The notes beneath the pieces are model-generated. The model was not told the origin of the DNA, did no database searches, and saw only the letters and a list, made by a program, of their open reading frames with translations. The translations under genes were made by a program, and so were the position numbers. From assembly GCF_902713615.1 (NCBI RefSeq), contig NC_052164.1:39791091-39855090 (forward strand): a stretch of 64,000 nt of DNA. The letters are read 5' to 3'. Source of the stretch: Scyliorhinus canicula. Taxonomy: Eukaryota. Positions 1 to 12,534 of the stretch are shown here, in pieces (position 1 is the first letter of the stretch; each line of letters starts with the position of its first letter).

Positions 1-113
1 ATCTAAAAAAAAATATTGATTATCACTTTTTAATTTTCTTTAGCCATCTGTTTTCCTATTTTCCCCTTTCCTCATCTCCTGAAAGTATTAGTTCCTTGCT
101 GAGGTATGGATGT

Positions 114-787
114 GGGCGCGATTCTCCGCAAATGCGGAGAGTCGTAAAGGCTTCCGTGAAACTGGCCGTGTTTCACGGCAGCCTCCGCGCCCCCTCCCGG
201 GACCCGATTCTCCCCATCGCTAATCCCGCGCACCAAGCGTCACGGCGGCTGACGCGCACGATGACGTCAGCCGCGCATGCGCGGATTGGACAGCTCCAAC
301 CCGCGCATGCGCGGATGACGTCATCACGCATATGCGTCAAACCCACGCATGCGCGGGCCATCATGCCCCTCAGCCGCCCCGCGGACAGATCCTGCGGGGC
401 GGCGGAAGAACAAATAGTGCGCGTGTATCGGACTCGCTGCCCGCAATCGGTGCCCACCGATCACGGGCCCATGCCACCCTTGGCACGGCCGTGGTGCGGC
501 CGTGCCAATCGGTGCCATGGTTGTCCGGAACGGCACTTTGCGGCCGTTTTCACGAACGGTGAGAGCAGGTGTGTTTGCGTTCGTGAAAACGGCCGTAAAG
601 GCCTGGGAACTCGGCCCATCGGCCAGGGGAGAATCGCTGTTCACCGTAAAAAACGGCGAGCAGCGACTCGTGTCGTGGGGTGGCTGTTGGGGGGGGGGGG
701 GCGGAGAATAGCGGGAGGTTGGGAAAAATGTCGGGAAGGCCCTCCCGCTATTCTCCGACCCGTCGTGGGCAGCGGAGAATCGCGCCC
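114..787. mobile_element. GC/CpG-rich MITE, PIF/Harbinger-type, in a CD79B intron
   Basis: 16-bp terminal inverted repeat GGGCGCGATTCTCCGC (114-129) / GCGGAGAATCGCGCCC (772-787). Internal palindromes. Abrupt GC shift against AT-rich flanks. No clear TSD. Confidence 0.8.
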
Positions 788-1791
788 CAGCCTCTGTTGT
801 CCCCATGTACATTTCTTAAATAGCAATTCTTTATGGACCTATTCAGTGCATGCCAACTTCTTGTTAGACCATTGCTTTATCCAATCTGATGCATGTGAGA
901 GCATTTCTAGCAAAACATTTCTGAAAAGAAATCAGGAATAACTGACTGGTTTTCCTCTCCCTACCTGTGAACACAAAGGGGATAAGTCGTGTCTGCACTG
1001 CGAGCCTGAATGTGATCAGCTATTTTCTTTCCTAACCTCAGCAGTCTGATTCAGAAAGGCTATATTTCCAGTCTCCAATGACCTGTATTCAGTAAATATG
1101 TAGTGCCAAACATACAGGTCAGAAAACTGTGCTACGTTGGCTAATTTAAGTAGCAGTGGTGTTGCAATTGGACTCAGTACCTTGAGATTAGTGAGGAGAA
1201 AAGATAGCAAAGACCATTTCTCATTTAGTAATTGACTAACACCATCCAAATTTAAACATGGAGTTCATGCAGCCAGCAGAAAGAGAAGACTTTCATCCCA
1301 TTATTCTGGAGTGGTTAACCCCAGAGATTCTTTGAAAGCAGCACCTGTCAATCCACAATGCCCAAATGATGTGATATACCTTCTTTTAACATGTGGGTAT
1401 TATAGAGATGATCTATTTTAAGTCTTTATAGGGATTGATCTCTTGAAACCTGGCGCAATTGCCCCACAGGTGCACCTATATTTTAGTTATATTGAAGGAC
1501 AGTCATCTTTTGATGTTCACCAACATCATTATTAGAGTTGTAGGATAGGATTTTAAGTCACAATTTCACAGGTATCTTTGACGTACAGCAGCTTGCTTGA
1601 AGCGATACCAGCCTTGTTGTGAAATGAAGTATTCAGGTAATGAATAACTTTTAGCATTTAAATGACAATCTATTTTAAACGCTCCATGCAGTTAATACAA
1701 GTAGTGAATGCTGCTCGAAGGAGGTTTTTAGAAAATCAGCAAATGATAAAGAAAGAAGAGTTGTCAACATAATCAATTTTATTCTTCACAG

Positions 1792-1842
1792 AACAATCAG
1801 GCAAAGAAGACTGAAGAAACAGAAACGTACCATATGTATGAG
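1792..1842 (+). CDS. CD79B: CD79B (Ig-beta) penultimate coding exon, NNQAKKTEETETYHMYE
   Basis: Pyrimidine tract+cacag acceptor and GAG|gtatga donor, phase 0. Matches the mammalian exon DDSKAGMEEDHTYE, which carries the first ITAM tyrosine. Confidence 0.88.
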
Positions 1843-1986
1843 GTATGAAATAAACAAGGGGTCCAGTTTACAAAATATAGTTTAAAAAACGACCTGCAGA
1901 AATGCATACTTAAACCAAATGATGCGAGAGGTATTTGTGCTGTAGCAGGTATTTTTTATCTCTTTTGGCACTGGTGTTCCAGCTAT

Positions 1987-2323
1987 GGGGGTACGATGAC
2001 ACAGTGGTTAGCACTGCTGTCTCACAGCACACAGGCACCTGGGTTCGATTCCGGCCTTTTGTGACTGTCTGTGTGGAGCTTGCACGTTCTCCCCGTGTCT
2101 GCATGAGTTTCCTCCTAGTGCTCCAGTTTCCTCCCAAAATGCAAAGATGTGTAGATCGGCGGATTGGCCATGCTAAAATTGTCCCTTAGCATACAAAGAT
2201 ATGCAGGTTGGATGGGATTACGAGGAAAGGGCAGAGGCTGGGCCCACGTAGGGTGCTCTTTCAGAGAGCTGGTGCAGACCCGATGGGCCAAATGGTCTCC
2301 TTCTGCACTGTTGGGCTTCTATG
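1987..2323 (+). mobile_element. HE1-type tRNA-derived SINE
   Basis: tRNA-like head (CAGTGGTTAGCAC, GGTTCGATTCC), V-SINE-like core GGATTGGCCATGCTAAA, CR1-like tail TTCTGCACTG..TTCTATG. Confidence 0.85.
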
Positions 2324-2441
2324 GATTTTACTAAATATTCGTGATGTGGACATAGTTCAGATAGATCAGTGTCATCTAAAGAAATTACTGACTAGCCACA
2401 GAATATACCTATTGCAACACTATGGTGGCCACAAGCACGGT

Positions 2442-3146
2442 GGGGGCGATTCTCCGAGCCCCGCACTGGCCGGAAAATTGCCGCAACCACGCCACGATGC
2501 CCTGACACTGGCGCGCGATTCTCTGAGGTGCGGAGAATCGGTGCCATTTGCAGCGGTGTGGCTGGTGCAGTGACGGTCACGGGCCACTGGAATTGGCTGG
2601 GCCGCCGATTCTGCAGCCCGGATGGGCCAAGCAGCCGCGCGGATACGACAGAGACCCGCCAGCACCGTTCACCCCCATTCGCTGCCGGCAGGAACTCTGC
2701 ACGGACGGTTGGGGGGGCCGGGGGGGGGGAGCGGCCTCTGGGGGGGGAGAGGGGCTCCGTCCCCGGGGGGGGGACACCTCCAATGGGGTCTAGCTCGCAA
2801 TCAGGGCCCACCGATTGGTGGGACGGTCTCTCCCCTCTCCCCCCCCCCCCCCCTCCCGGGCCTACTTTCCTGCGTGGCTGGCTCCTGAACACTGATGCCA
2901 TGTTGAGTCGGGGCCGACGTGCTAAAGAAGTCCCCCATGCATGGGCAGGTTGGCACGGCCCAACTGTGCATGCATGGGTTGGCCCGGTGCCCATTTAGTG
3001 CCGGGAAGGGAGGCTGGAGCGGCATGAACCGCTCCAGCACCGTGCTGGCCCCCTGTGGGGGCCAGAGTTGGTCGTCCCTGTGCCCATTTCGTGCCGTCGT
3101 GAAACATGCCACAAACACTTGGGCTCCATTTGGGAGGATCGCCCCC
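2442..3146. mobile_element. GC-rich Harbinger-type MITE
   Basis: TIR GGGGGCGATTCTCC / GGAGGATCGCCCCC. About 700 bp with G/C runs; same terminal motif as 114-787. Confidence 0.75.
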
Positions 3147-3299
3147 AAATCTTAACAGAAGGTGTCTCAGACATACCAGGTAAACGTAGTTCACAGGCAT
3201 GTATCTACTGAATAATCATCCACAATCATTCAGTAACAAAATAAAGCATTCAGGTTCTGCTTCTCATCTTATAATTTTAGCAAATTATGCACGTCAAGG

Positions 3300-3440
3300 C
3301 ACATAAACATAAAATCAAAATACTGCAGATGGTGGAAAACCGGCATACGCGTAGACAATTCTCCAAATATTGAATGGGGCTGGCTGCTTCTGTGGAGAAA
3401 GAAACAGAGTTAGCATTTCAGTGCCTGACCTTCCATCAGT
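3300..3440 (-). mobile_element. Penelope-like 3' end remnant with degenerate hammerhead core
   Basis: AAAATACTGCAGATG...GAAACAGAGTTAGCATTTCAG..GACCTTCCATCAG. The reverse strand reads CTGATGGAAGGTCA...TGAAA. Similar remnants lie at about 15440-15540, 26730-26810 and 62710-62790. Confidence 0.5.
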
Positions 3441-3796
3441 TGAAATATACATGCATATGCCATGTGAATCTGAGTATTGAGATCAAATGCTTTTAATATT
3501 AGCATCAATGACTTCTTTAAAACACATAATGATCAGAAATAGAATTGACACAACTGGATTCCCAACGAGAGGATATGTAATGCGGTAATTTAACCATTCA
3601 AATGTATAAATCCATTACTGCAATGTTAGAGCATTGAATCTCTAATTATATTTCTATTTCTCGGGCACAAGAGAATAAATACAAATTCAGAATTATAAAA
3701 ATCCACCAGCGCTACAGTAAAACTCCCAAACCGGTATTGAAAGTGAGATTGGTGTCTCACCAAATTGCTCAGTGAACAAAACAAATGCAACTTGAA

Positions 3797-4770
3797 CCAT
3801 CTACTAGCTCTATACAACACTAATCTTATAGAACTGCCACCATCTTCTAGCTTCTGTTCCAGCTCTGGGTGAGAAACCCAACAATTTGTAAAACACTGAG
3901 GGAGGGATACTACACACCTCAGGAGTGGTAAGACTGACCAATTGGTATTTTTTATGTTAAAACAAACTTTAGGTTTAAACACAGGATCAATTGCATTGGT
4001 AACAATGTAACAGTTTTACAGTTAACAGTTCAAACAGTTCTTAAATAAAAGGAACAAAAATAACTTACTCGCTACATCTGCAACTGTATATATATTTCAA
4101 TTGAGCAAAACAATATAGTTCAACAATTACTTATAAATAACGTTAACAATCAGGTTTACTTGTTTTTCTCTGTGTCAAGACCTTGGAGAGAACCTTCCTG
4201 GAGCCAGCCAAATCCTTGTCTTGTTGGACTAAATTCCTATGACAAACTGCAAAACTACAGACAGACCTGGCTCCACCCCTCAATTACATCATAAGGCATT
4301 CTTCAGTCTCCACCCACTGAGATGTCTCATGACTTGTTTATCTGGGACTAGACACCATCCCTCACAAATTAACTATACCCCAGGGATCCTCCAAAATCAA
4401 AACAATGTTCCATTAGCCATCCATCTGTAAACAAGTAAATGGTTAGAACCAATGATTTCCTCACTTTTATGACCCTTAATCACACATTTAGAAGACAAAG
4501 TACTGCCTGTGTGTAACGTAAACTAGGGTTTTTAATAACATTACTGCAGCAAACATAAAATATTATATAAAACAATTTCTTACATCCATCACACTCCATA
4601 CCTTAATCTTATCCTACTGCCACAATCTACTAGCTGTATAAAAACATTAATTTTTACAACATACACCATTCACTAGTTCTATACAACATTAATCTTATAT
4701 AGTTTTCACTATTTACTAGCTCTATACAATACTAATCTTATGCAACTTGCACCATTCTACTAGCTCATAC
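3797..4770 (+). repeat. Degenerate ~43-bp minisatellite interrupted by a solo LTR
   Basis: Unit approx. CCATCTACTAGCTCTATACAACACTAATCTTATAGAACTGCCA at 3797-3854, with about four further copies at 4594-4770. Confidence 0.7.
3855..4593 (-). mobile_element. Solo LTR (Gypsy-like)
   Basis: TGTT...TCACA termini and an imperfect 4-bp TSD CTTC/CTCC. The right end (TTCTTACATCCATCACA) resembles the right end of the LTR at 50371. Confidence 0.55.
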
Positions 4771-5589
4771 ATACAACAGAACATTGCGTTTAACCCTAGA
4801 TGCAATCATGCTGAGCCAAAGAAGCAAGGACCAAGCTAGATCTACAAAGTTAAAATACTCAGACATAAGCTTTTACCAATTCTGGAACCTAGAGCTGGAA
4901 CTCCAACTGCAAGAGGCAGGGCTGCCAATATAATCCCTTCGATTGATATTTTTCATCAGGACTTTCAACCACCCTGGATTTGCTTCTTTGACCACAACAA
5001 TATATATGGCCCAGAGTCATGCAGGAACAGGAGACTGCACCGCCCTTGCTTGCATTTATGGTATATGTCTGTTGATTGTGAGTGGGGATAGGTGGAGCCA
5101 CAAGTAGAATGTTTCCAATACCAAATATTTGTCAAGCAAAAATCATTGCTTCCTGGCTAATCATGGCTAGCTCAGAATACCACACGCTGAGTTATTTTAG
5201 CATCTAGTCTAATCAGCAATATTAAACAGAACAATTCTGAAATTTACATTTTCCGAAAATTAAAGTACATTTATTTATTTATTTTTAAAAATCCTGAATT
5301 TAGCACATTTGTCGCATTTTGCCAAAAATATTATAAAACAATAAAAAAATACACTAGTTCAAAGAAAAAATATCAATAAAAATAGTACTTTTTTAAAAAG
5401 CATTTCTTAAAAGAGAGGGAACAAACACAGCCATTTCTAGCATGTTTCTTTTGATCTTGCTAATCTGACCCTTCCATATTGGAAGAGCTGGTATGTATGT
5501 ATGAGCAAGTGCCAATCAACTGGCAGATTTTTCTGAGCAAAAACAATTAGCATCCAATTGACCTCAGGTAGAGGAATGAGATGATGCTA

Positions 5590-5660
5590 TGAAATGAAAT
5601 GAAAATTGCTTATTGTCACAAGTAGGCTTCAAATGAAGTTACTGTGAAAATAGTCACATT
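5590..5660 (-). mobile_element. 3' fragment of a second tRNA-SINE family ((CATTT)n tail)
   Basis: Reverse complement of TTTTCACAGTAACTTCATTTGAAGCCTACTTGTGACAATAAG..TTTCATTTCA. Confidence 0.7.
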
Positions 5661-6064
5661 ATATATAAGTTCATTTCTACAGCAGAATAATCCATTGGGA
5701 GTTAAGTGATATAATATACATTATCCTTCAACTTACTACGATAATCAGCGAGCATCTTGTGATAATTTGTATGGTCCTTTGAATGATCTGTATATCAACT
5801 GTTTAATTTTTTTTAAATACACTTGCAGATATGTCATAATTGTTAAACCCATACTATGAATTACATCACAAAAGATTATGGCCAGCACTGGCAGTGGCCG
5901 TGAGCTTTGTAAATATATTGATTTCCTAGTGAGGATCAGCTGTTATAGTTGCACTAACCAAAGGAAGTGGTAGGGCAGAAGTTGGTTTTCTATCCATTCA
6001 AATGAATGAATGGAAACTTTAACAGTCAAGCAATATTATTTGTTGACTCCACTCCTCCAATGAC

Positions 6065-6174
6065 AGCCTCACCGAATAGGTGCCGGAATGTGGTGACTAG
6101 GGGCTTTTCACAGTAACTTCATTTGAAGCCTACTCGTGACAATAAGTGATTTTCATTTCATTTTTTTTCATTTC
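6065..6174 (+). mobile_element. 3' fragment of the second tRNA-SINE family
   Basis: Matches the 3' half of the complete copy at 18099-18281. Confidence 0.75.
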
Positions 6175-6285
6175 AACTGGAGAATCCCCAGTGATTCACT
6201 AAAATTATGGGTAAAAAAACATTCAAGCCTGACTATCACAACATGCGGCATCAGGGTATGATTTATGTTTGATGCAATTCTTAAC

Positions 6286-6363
6286 TGCTTCTACCAAATT
6301 TCTTTTCTGCTATTTTCACAACTGTGCTTCTACCAAATTTCTTTGCTGCTATTTTCACACCTG
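6286..6363 (+). repeat. 39-bp tandem duplication
   Basis: TGCTTCTACCAAATTTCTTT(T/G)CTGCTATTTTCACA(A/C)CTG twice. Confidence 0.8.
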
Positions 6364-6569
6364 CGTCAAAGTGGTAGGACAAACTCTCTCCTCTCAAAAA
6401 TGGAACTGATCACAGTTTCTAATCATCCAAGCCCATCTGATATTAAAGGATTGTAAGTACTTCATAAACAGTGCTGTAAATGATTTATGAACCACTTAAT
6501 TTAATTCAGCACTTTGGTGTATAATACTTCGCTCCTTCAAACAAAATTGGCAATAAAGCCTTTAGTGTT

Positions 6570-6692
6570 CATAGAATCATAGAATTTACAGTGCAGAAGG
6601 AGGCCAATCAGCCCACCGAGTCTGCACCAGTCCTTGGAAAGAGCACCCACGCCTCCACTCTATCCCCGTAACCCAGTAACCCCACCTAACCA
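6570..6692 (-). mobile_element. HE1 SINE 3' fragment
   Basis: CATAGAATCATAGAATTTACAGTGCAGAAGGAGGCC tail. Confidence 0.8.
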
Positions 6693-6985
6693 TTGAATTA
6701 TGGGCAGTGCAGTGGTGCCTATTTAGGCTAAGCATTGAGACGTGGCAAACTTGTTATAACCTTCAGCAGAACTAAAACACTTTTGACATTATCTCTGTGA
6801 ACTTTGATTGGATATAAATTAACTTTAATGTAAAAGAACAGGAATCTATCATTGGAATCTAATTAAGTTGCATGAATGAATGCAGCAGTGTTGGGATTTT
6901 AATCAAAACAAGTTATGTGAGAGTATGAGAAGTTTCTTAGCAGAATATAACTGTTTCTTAAAAATGTATTTTTGTTACATTTCAG

Positions 6986-7081
6986 GGTTTGGAAGTTATG
7001 CAGACAGCAATGTATGAAGACATCGGCAATGTGAAATTAACTGATGATAAATGGGAATTCGGCGAGCAGCCTCATGAGTAA
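6986..7081 (+). CDS. CD79B: CD79B terminal coding exon, GLEVMQTAMYEDIGNVKLTDDKWEFGEQPHE*
   Basis: tttcag acceptor. Aligns with human GLDIDQTATYEDIVTLRTGEVKWSVGEHPGQE and completes the ITAM YEGL-x7-YEDI. Lies upstream of GH on the same strand, as in tetrapods. Confidence 0.92.
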   Translation, partial: GLEVMQTAMYEDIGNVKLTDDKWEFGEQPHE

Positions 7082-8289
7082 ATTTCACAGTCACAGTCAC
7101 CTGTGTCATGAACCCATAATGATTTTCCCCTGAACAATACTATAACAGAAATGGCAACATATTGAAAATAATATTATTGGCACAGGAAACAAACAACATG
7201 TAGAAAATGATGAAGATGGATTACAGAACTGTTTGCGGTTCCCAGATGACTCTGAGTCAACTGTAAATGTACGATGGAACAACAAATTTGCTTACAAGCC
7301 CCAAAACAGGGAAAAAGATTGGGTACTTGTGTAGATCATCCCTTGCCCATTCATGAAGTATATATCAATTAATTGTTTGCCTTTATTCAGCTTTATAAGC
7401 TGCTCATATAAATGAGCCATACTTCAAGGAGAATAGAAACAAAATGACATAAATCGCTGATTTGTAGGAATATTGTGTGTGTACTAATTATGGGTGAATT
7501 GATACATTTTGTCAATACAGAGCTGTTAACTAATTGTATGTTATATACTGCATACTGGATAGGCAGGATAATTATAGGCATATGCAGAGTGTGTTTGTAA
7601 TTGATGCATAGACAGCCCAAAATACTGAAGGATATAATATCAGCTGAAAATACACACTTTGGTTACTCTCAATTCTTTGGGCTAAGTGCAATCTCTTCCA
7701 TTACATGAAGGTGAGTTTGTGTGCACTGTAGAGGAGGCTATTGGTAAGAAAGAGCAATGGTCATTTTATGCCAGAGATCAAAGTGCTGTCCTGATATGGT
7801 GCATACAAAATCACATATGGATCGCATGTTATCAGGATGTCAAGTGTTGAGGCAACGCCATAAACTGTAAGTGACACTTGAGCGATTTAGCAATGCCTTC
7901 TCAACCCCAAGCTTAGACGCACTCCAAACACACTGTAACCTATTATTTTCTATACTGTCGACACAGATGAAATTACTGGATGTAGAGAGCTGTTTCTTTT
8001 CTGGTAATTGGTTGGGCCTTTTATTATTTTTCTTTCATATGTCAGTTTTACCAACAAAATCAAATAATTTAACCAAAAGCGGTTGCTTGCTGATTTTAAC
8101 CAGCAGTGATATTGAGACATAAGTCAAGTAGCTTTGACCAGGTATATATTGTACAAATAACTGAGTGAGAACATTGCTATTATTTACTAATAATGTGCTT
8201 ATTTCCAAATATAATGTTAACAGTTGAATTAAATTCTATTTTTAGCCATCTCCTTGCTGTAGAGCTCTTGGGAAAAGTGTAAATTTAAG

Positions 8290-8991
8290 GGGCAGTATTC
8301 TCCGACCCTCCTCCGGGTCGGAGAATCGCTGGGCGGGGGACGTGAATCCCACCCCCGCCAGCTGCCGAATTCTCCGGCGCCGGAGATTTGGTGGGGGCGG
8401 GAATTGTGCCGCACTGATTGGCGGCTGCTGGCAGTGCCCCCCCCCCCCCCCCCCCAGTGATTCTCCGGCCTGCGATGGGCCGAGTGGCCGCCCGTTTCAG
8501 CCGGTCCCGCCGGCGTAAATTACTCCAGGTACTTACCGGTGGGAGCTGGCTCCGCAGGCGGCCTCCGGGGTCCTCAGGGGGTTTGGGGGGATCTGGCCCC
8601 AGGAGCTGCCCCCACAGTGGCCTGGCCCGCGATTGGAGCCCACCGATCCGCGGGTGGGCACTCTGTTCCTCCGCGTCAGCCACTGTAGCAGTTCGCGATG
8701 GCCGACGCGGAGATGAACTGCCCTGCGCATGCGCTGGGATGACGCCAGCACACGCTGGCGCTCCCACACATGCGCCAACTTGCGCCGGCCGGCGGAGACT
8801 CTTCGGCGCTGGTTGGTGTGGCGCCAAGCCCTTCCACACCGGCCGGCATGACGCAAACCACTCCAGCAGCAGCCTAGCCCCTGAAGCGGCGGAGGATTCT
8901 GCACCATCAGAGCGGCCCGACGCCGGAGTGGTTCACACCACTCCTTCATGCCGGAGTTGCCCGCCCTGCCGGTTTTCGCAGAATCCCGCCC
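8290..8991. mobile_element. GC-rich Harbinger-type MITE with 3-bp TSD
   Basis: Imperfect TIR GGGCAGTATTCTCCG / CGCAGAATCCCGCCC, flanked by AAG on both sides (8287-8289, 8992-8994). Confidence 0.8.
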
Positions 8992-10324
8992 AAGGAGTTT
9001 CTTGTATTGTTACATTCTTGGTATTCCTGATAAATTAACTGTTCTTGCGACATCTTCATCAAAGGCTTTATGTAGCCCAATTATAAAATGATTAAGGATT
9101 ATTTCTTGTTATAGGTTTCTTTCTGACAGAATGTAAACAACTCTCACTAGCATTCAAAAAGTTCCAATGATAACATCAGACTCATTCAACCCACTTCTCC
9201 CAGTTGATGATACAACTTCGCACACCATTTTCCCATCTGCCGCAATGCTTTAGAAATGAGGCCTGAGTATTATTCTTTTAATTGGAGTTTACAAAGTAAT
9301 GATAATTCTTTAGACCAGGAATAAAACGTGACCCTTTCTCAGAGGTCAATATGTCTTTTGACCAGAAATTCCCTACGTCCTTTACTCTCCAGAAATATAT
9401 ATAATTGCCTTCTTAAAGCTGCCTGCCGCACCATTGGCCTGAATGGTTCGTTCTGATAACTTAACACTGACCTCTGCCTTGAATTAACATAATGTTCCAC
9501 CCGACTTCACTTCTTATCCTAAGTTCTTATTTTTTATATTTTGTTCTCTGAAATTTGAACCCTTTAACCACATCAGGCAACAACTTGCTTTAATTGATTC
9601 TGTCATAGATTTTCAAACTTGCTGTTTGAAGGATGTTGTCCACATCTTGTCCACACAGTACTTGATGGAAAGGACTTCCACAACCACACAAATCAACAGC
9701 TTCTATTTAACACATGAAACTCTTCTTGAATATTGATACCCAAGTCCAGGTTGATCTTTGTAATTTCACCAATCAGGAAAAGGCAAGTTAAAGCAATGTT
9801 TTTCACTTCCTATGAGGTAATTGGTGTACTTTTGTCACCATGTGATGATGTCACACTGCTGGCTGCTGCTTGCTAAAATGTGCAGGGGTGAAATAAATAC
9901 CAATGCAGGACTTTTTAACTCGTAAATTTTATAAAAACAGGTTTTCACAAGCAACTAAAGAGAATCAGAGGCGGTTTCTCTGTGTTAATGGCTGTCCTCT
10001 GAACTTTTGAAAGAGAAAATAGTACAAAAATGTACCTAACGTCATTGCCTTCAATGTAATTTCAGCCAGTAGGAGGTAGTGTTGCATCATGATCTGGTAG
10101 CAAATGCTCCAATGGCTTTTCATAGTAAGTGTAAAACATGTGGCTTTCTTCATACCATGATATAACTGTGTGTAAAAATGAAGTGAGCGTAAAATGTATT
10201 AGAAATGTATTATTGGGCACATTCTGCCCATTAGCTGGAAATCTGGTAGTATCTGAGTAGTCCTTGAAAGTGAAAAGTGCCCTTATTAGGAACTTCTTTT
10301 TTGCTGGGAAACCAGAGCAGATCT

Positions 10325-11296
10325 AATAATTATTTACAATTTACATAGATGATTTGGAGTTGGGGACCAATTGTAACGTGTCAAAGTTCACAGATGACGC
10401 AAAGATGAGTGGTAGAGCAAAGTGTGCAGAGGACATTGAGAGTCTGCAGAGGGTTATAGATGGTTCAAGTGATTGACAAGGGCCTGACAGATGGAGTACA
10501 ATGTTGGTAAATGTGAGATCATCCATTTTAGTAGGATTAACAACAAAATGGACTATTATTTAAATGGTAAAAAAATTGCAGCATGCTGCTGTGCAGAGGG
10601 ACCTGGGTGTCCTTGTGCATGAATCGCAAAAAGTTGGTTTGTATGTGCAGCAGGTAATTAAGTAGGTAAATCAGTTTTGCCTTTATTGCTGGAGGGATGG
10701 AGTTTAAAAACAGGGAGGTTATGTTGCAGCTGTATAAGGTGCTCATGAGGCCATGCCTGGAGTACTGTGTACAGTTGTGGTTACCTTACTTGAGAAAGGA
10801 TGCACTGGCACTGGAGGGTTTGCAGAGGAGATCACTAGGTTGATTCTGGAGTTGAGAGGATTGGCTTATGAGGAGAGACTGAGTAGACTGGAACTATACT
10901 CATTGGAATTTAGAAGAATGAGGGGGCATCTTATAGAAACATAAAATTATGATGGGAGTAGAAAAAATAGAAGCAGGGAGGTTGTTTCTACTGGTGGGTG
11001 AAACTAGAACTAGGGGGCATAGTCTCAAAGTTAGGGGGAGCAGATTTAGGACTGAGTTGAGGAGGAACTTCTTCACCCAAAGGGTTGTGAATCTGTGGAA
11101 TTCCCTGCCCAGTGAAGCAGTTGAGGCTACATCGTTCAATGTTTTTAATGCAAAGATAGATAGATTTTTGAACAGTAAAGGAATTAAGGGTTATGGTGAG
11201 TGGGTAAGTGGAGCTGAGTCCACAAAAAGATCAGCCATGATCTTATTGAATGGAGGAGCACGCCTATTTCTGCTCCTCGTTCTTATGCTCTTATGA
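10325..11296 (+). mobile_element. CR1 LINE 3' fragment (decayed RT C-terminus)
   Basis: KFxDD-region remnant, YEERLSRLELYSLEFRR, TRTRGHSLK..RRNFFTQRVVNLWNSLP, and a (TTCTTATG)n tail. Confidence 0.88.
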
Positions 11297-12534
11297 TGTA
11301 ACTTTACTGTGTATCCATACATGTACTCATAGCAGAATATTCATGAGCTTGCTTTCTGTGCAAATGTTTGATCAACATATTACAATTGACTAAAATACTT
11401 GAGAGAGTTCTTAAACAGGAATTCTGGAGCTTAACAGAAAGAGTATTTACTGTTCCCTGCATTCCACTGTTTTCCAGCCTTAAATGATATTAGGAAGATT
11501 GTGTGATCAGTACCTCTTCAACCTGAAATCACATTCAGTCTAGAATGGTGGGATGAAAGTATCAATTTTTCATTAATGGAAAGTTTTTAATGGAAATAAG
11601 TTAAGAAGCTCTCAATTTATTTCTATTGGTGCTGCGGCAGAGAACTGCATGTAGGTTGAGAATATCATTTTGAAAATGGAATATTTACACTGTTTTCGGC
11701 AGAGTTTAGGTGAGGGTGGAGTTCAGGAACATTGCTGAAGAAAAATAGAAAGACCTTCACTCTACATCTGAGACTGATACTGGATGCTGAAAATGAAAAT
11801 CTATTTCATTGCTCGGCATTAGGATCTTTCATTCCTATTAGCAAATATCAGACAAAAATGAACAATAGATAAAACTTTGAAGTGCCAAACCCCTTATAAA
11901 TTTGTATGAAATTAATATATTGTTCCTTTGAATAACTAAGTCATGGCTAGATTGCCATAGAGTCGGGAGACAGAATGGAGTTGTGAAAATGGCTTCTGGG
12001 ACTTGTTTCTGGGATTCCTGACCCCATTCCCATGGATTATGATTTTCAGGAGAATGTTTTCAAGATGCTCGCTCCATTGTGGGGTTAGACCTCTTCTAAC
12101 CCTCTGCAAGTTTTATGGAGTCAGGCCATCTTTCCAAAGAGTTAAGGTTCACTGCAGCTTAGAGGTGTCATGAAACATAGTCTACATAAGGGAATCATTT
12201 AAAAGCTAAGTTAAAAAGGTTCTCCCCATGTCAAGGTATTCTCCCTCTACCCCCTTCGCATGTCTCTCATGCCAAGCTATGGCACTTTCATGCCCATTTA
12301 TCCACTGTACATTGTATAGACCAATGAACCCTACTGTGATAATAGGATGTATAAAAATAACTTTTAAAAACCAGTCATTCATTGACAAATTTATGTTAAA
12401 CAAAACTCATTTTTATTACATCCCAACAAAAGTGTCAATTATCCAGATATTGAAATGATCAATAGCTGAAACTGCAAGCATTCAAAACCTCTTTATCTTG
12501 TATACATAAATATTGAGAAATTGACAGAAGAGAT

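Noticed and set aside
96-941. 281-aa ORF and other long ORFs at 2392-3200 and 8285-9038
   Set aside because: They lie in GC-rich palindromic MITEs that are open in several frames on both strands, and show no recognisable domain.
1572-1636. AG...GTAATG-bounded segment as the CD79B transmembrane exon
   Set aside because: Stops in all three frames and no hydrophobic helix; the TM and Ig exons must lie upstream of the window.
3797-4770. CRISPR-like array
   Set aside because: Degenerate tandem units without unique spacers, in eukaryotic DNA; it is a minisatellite.
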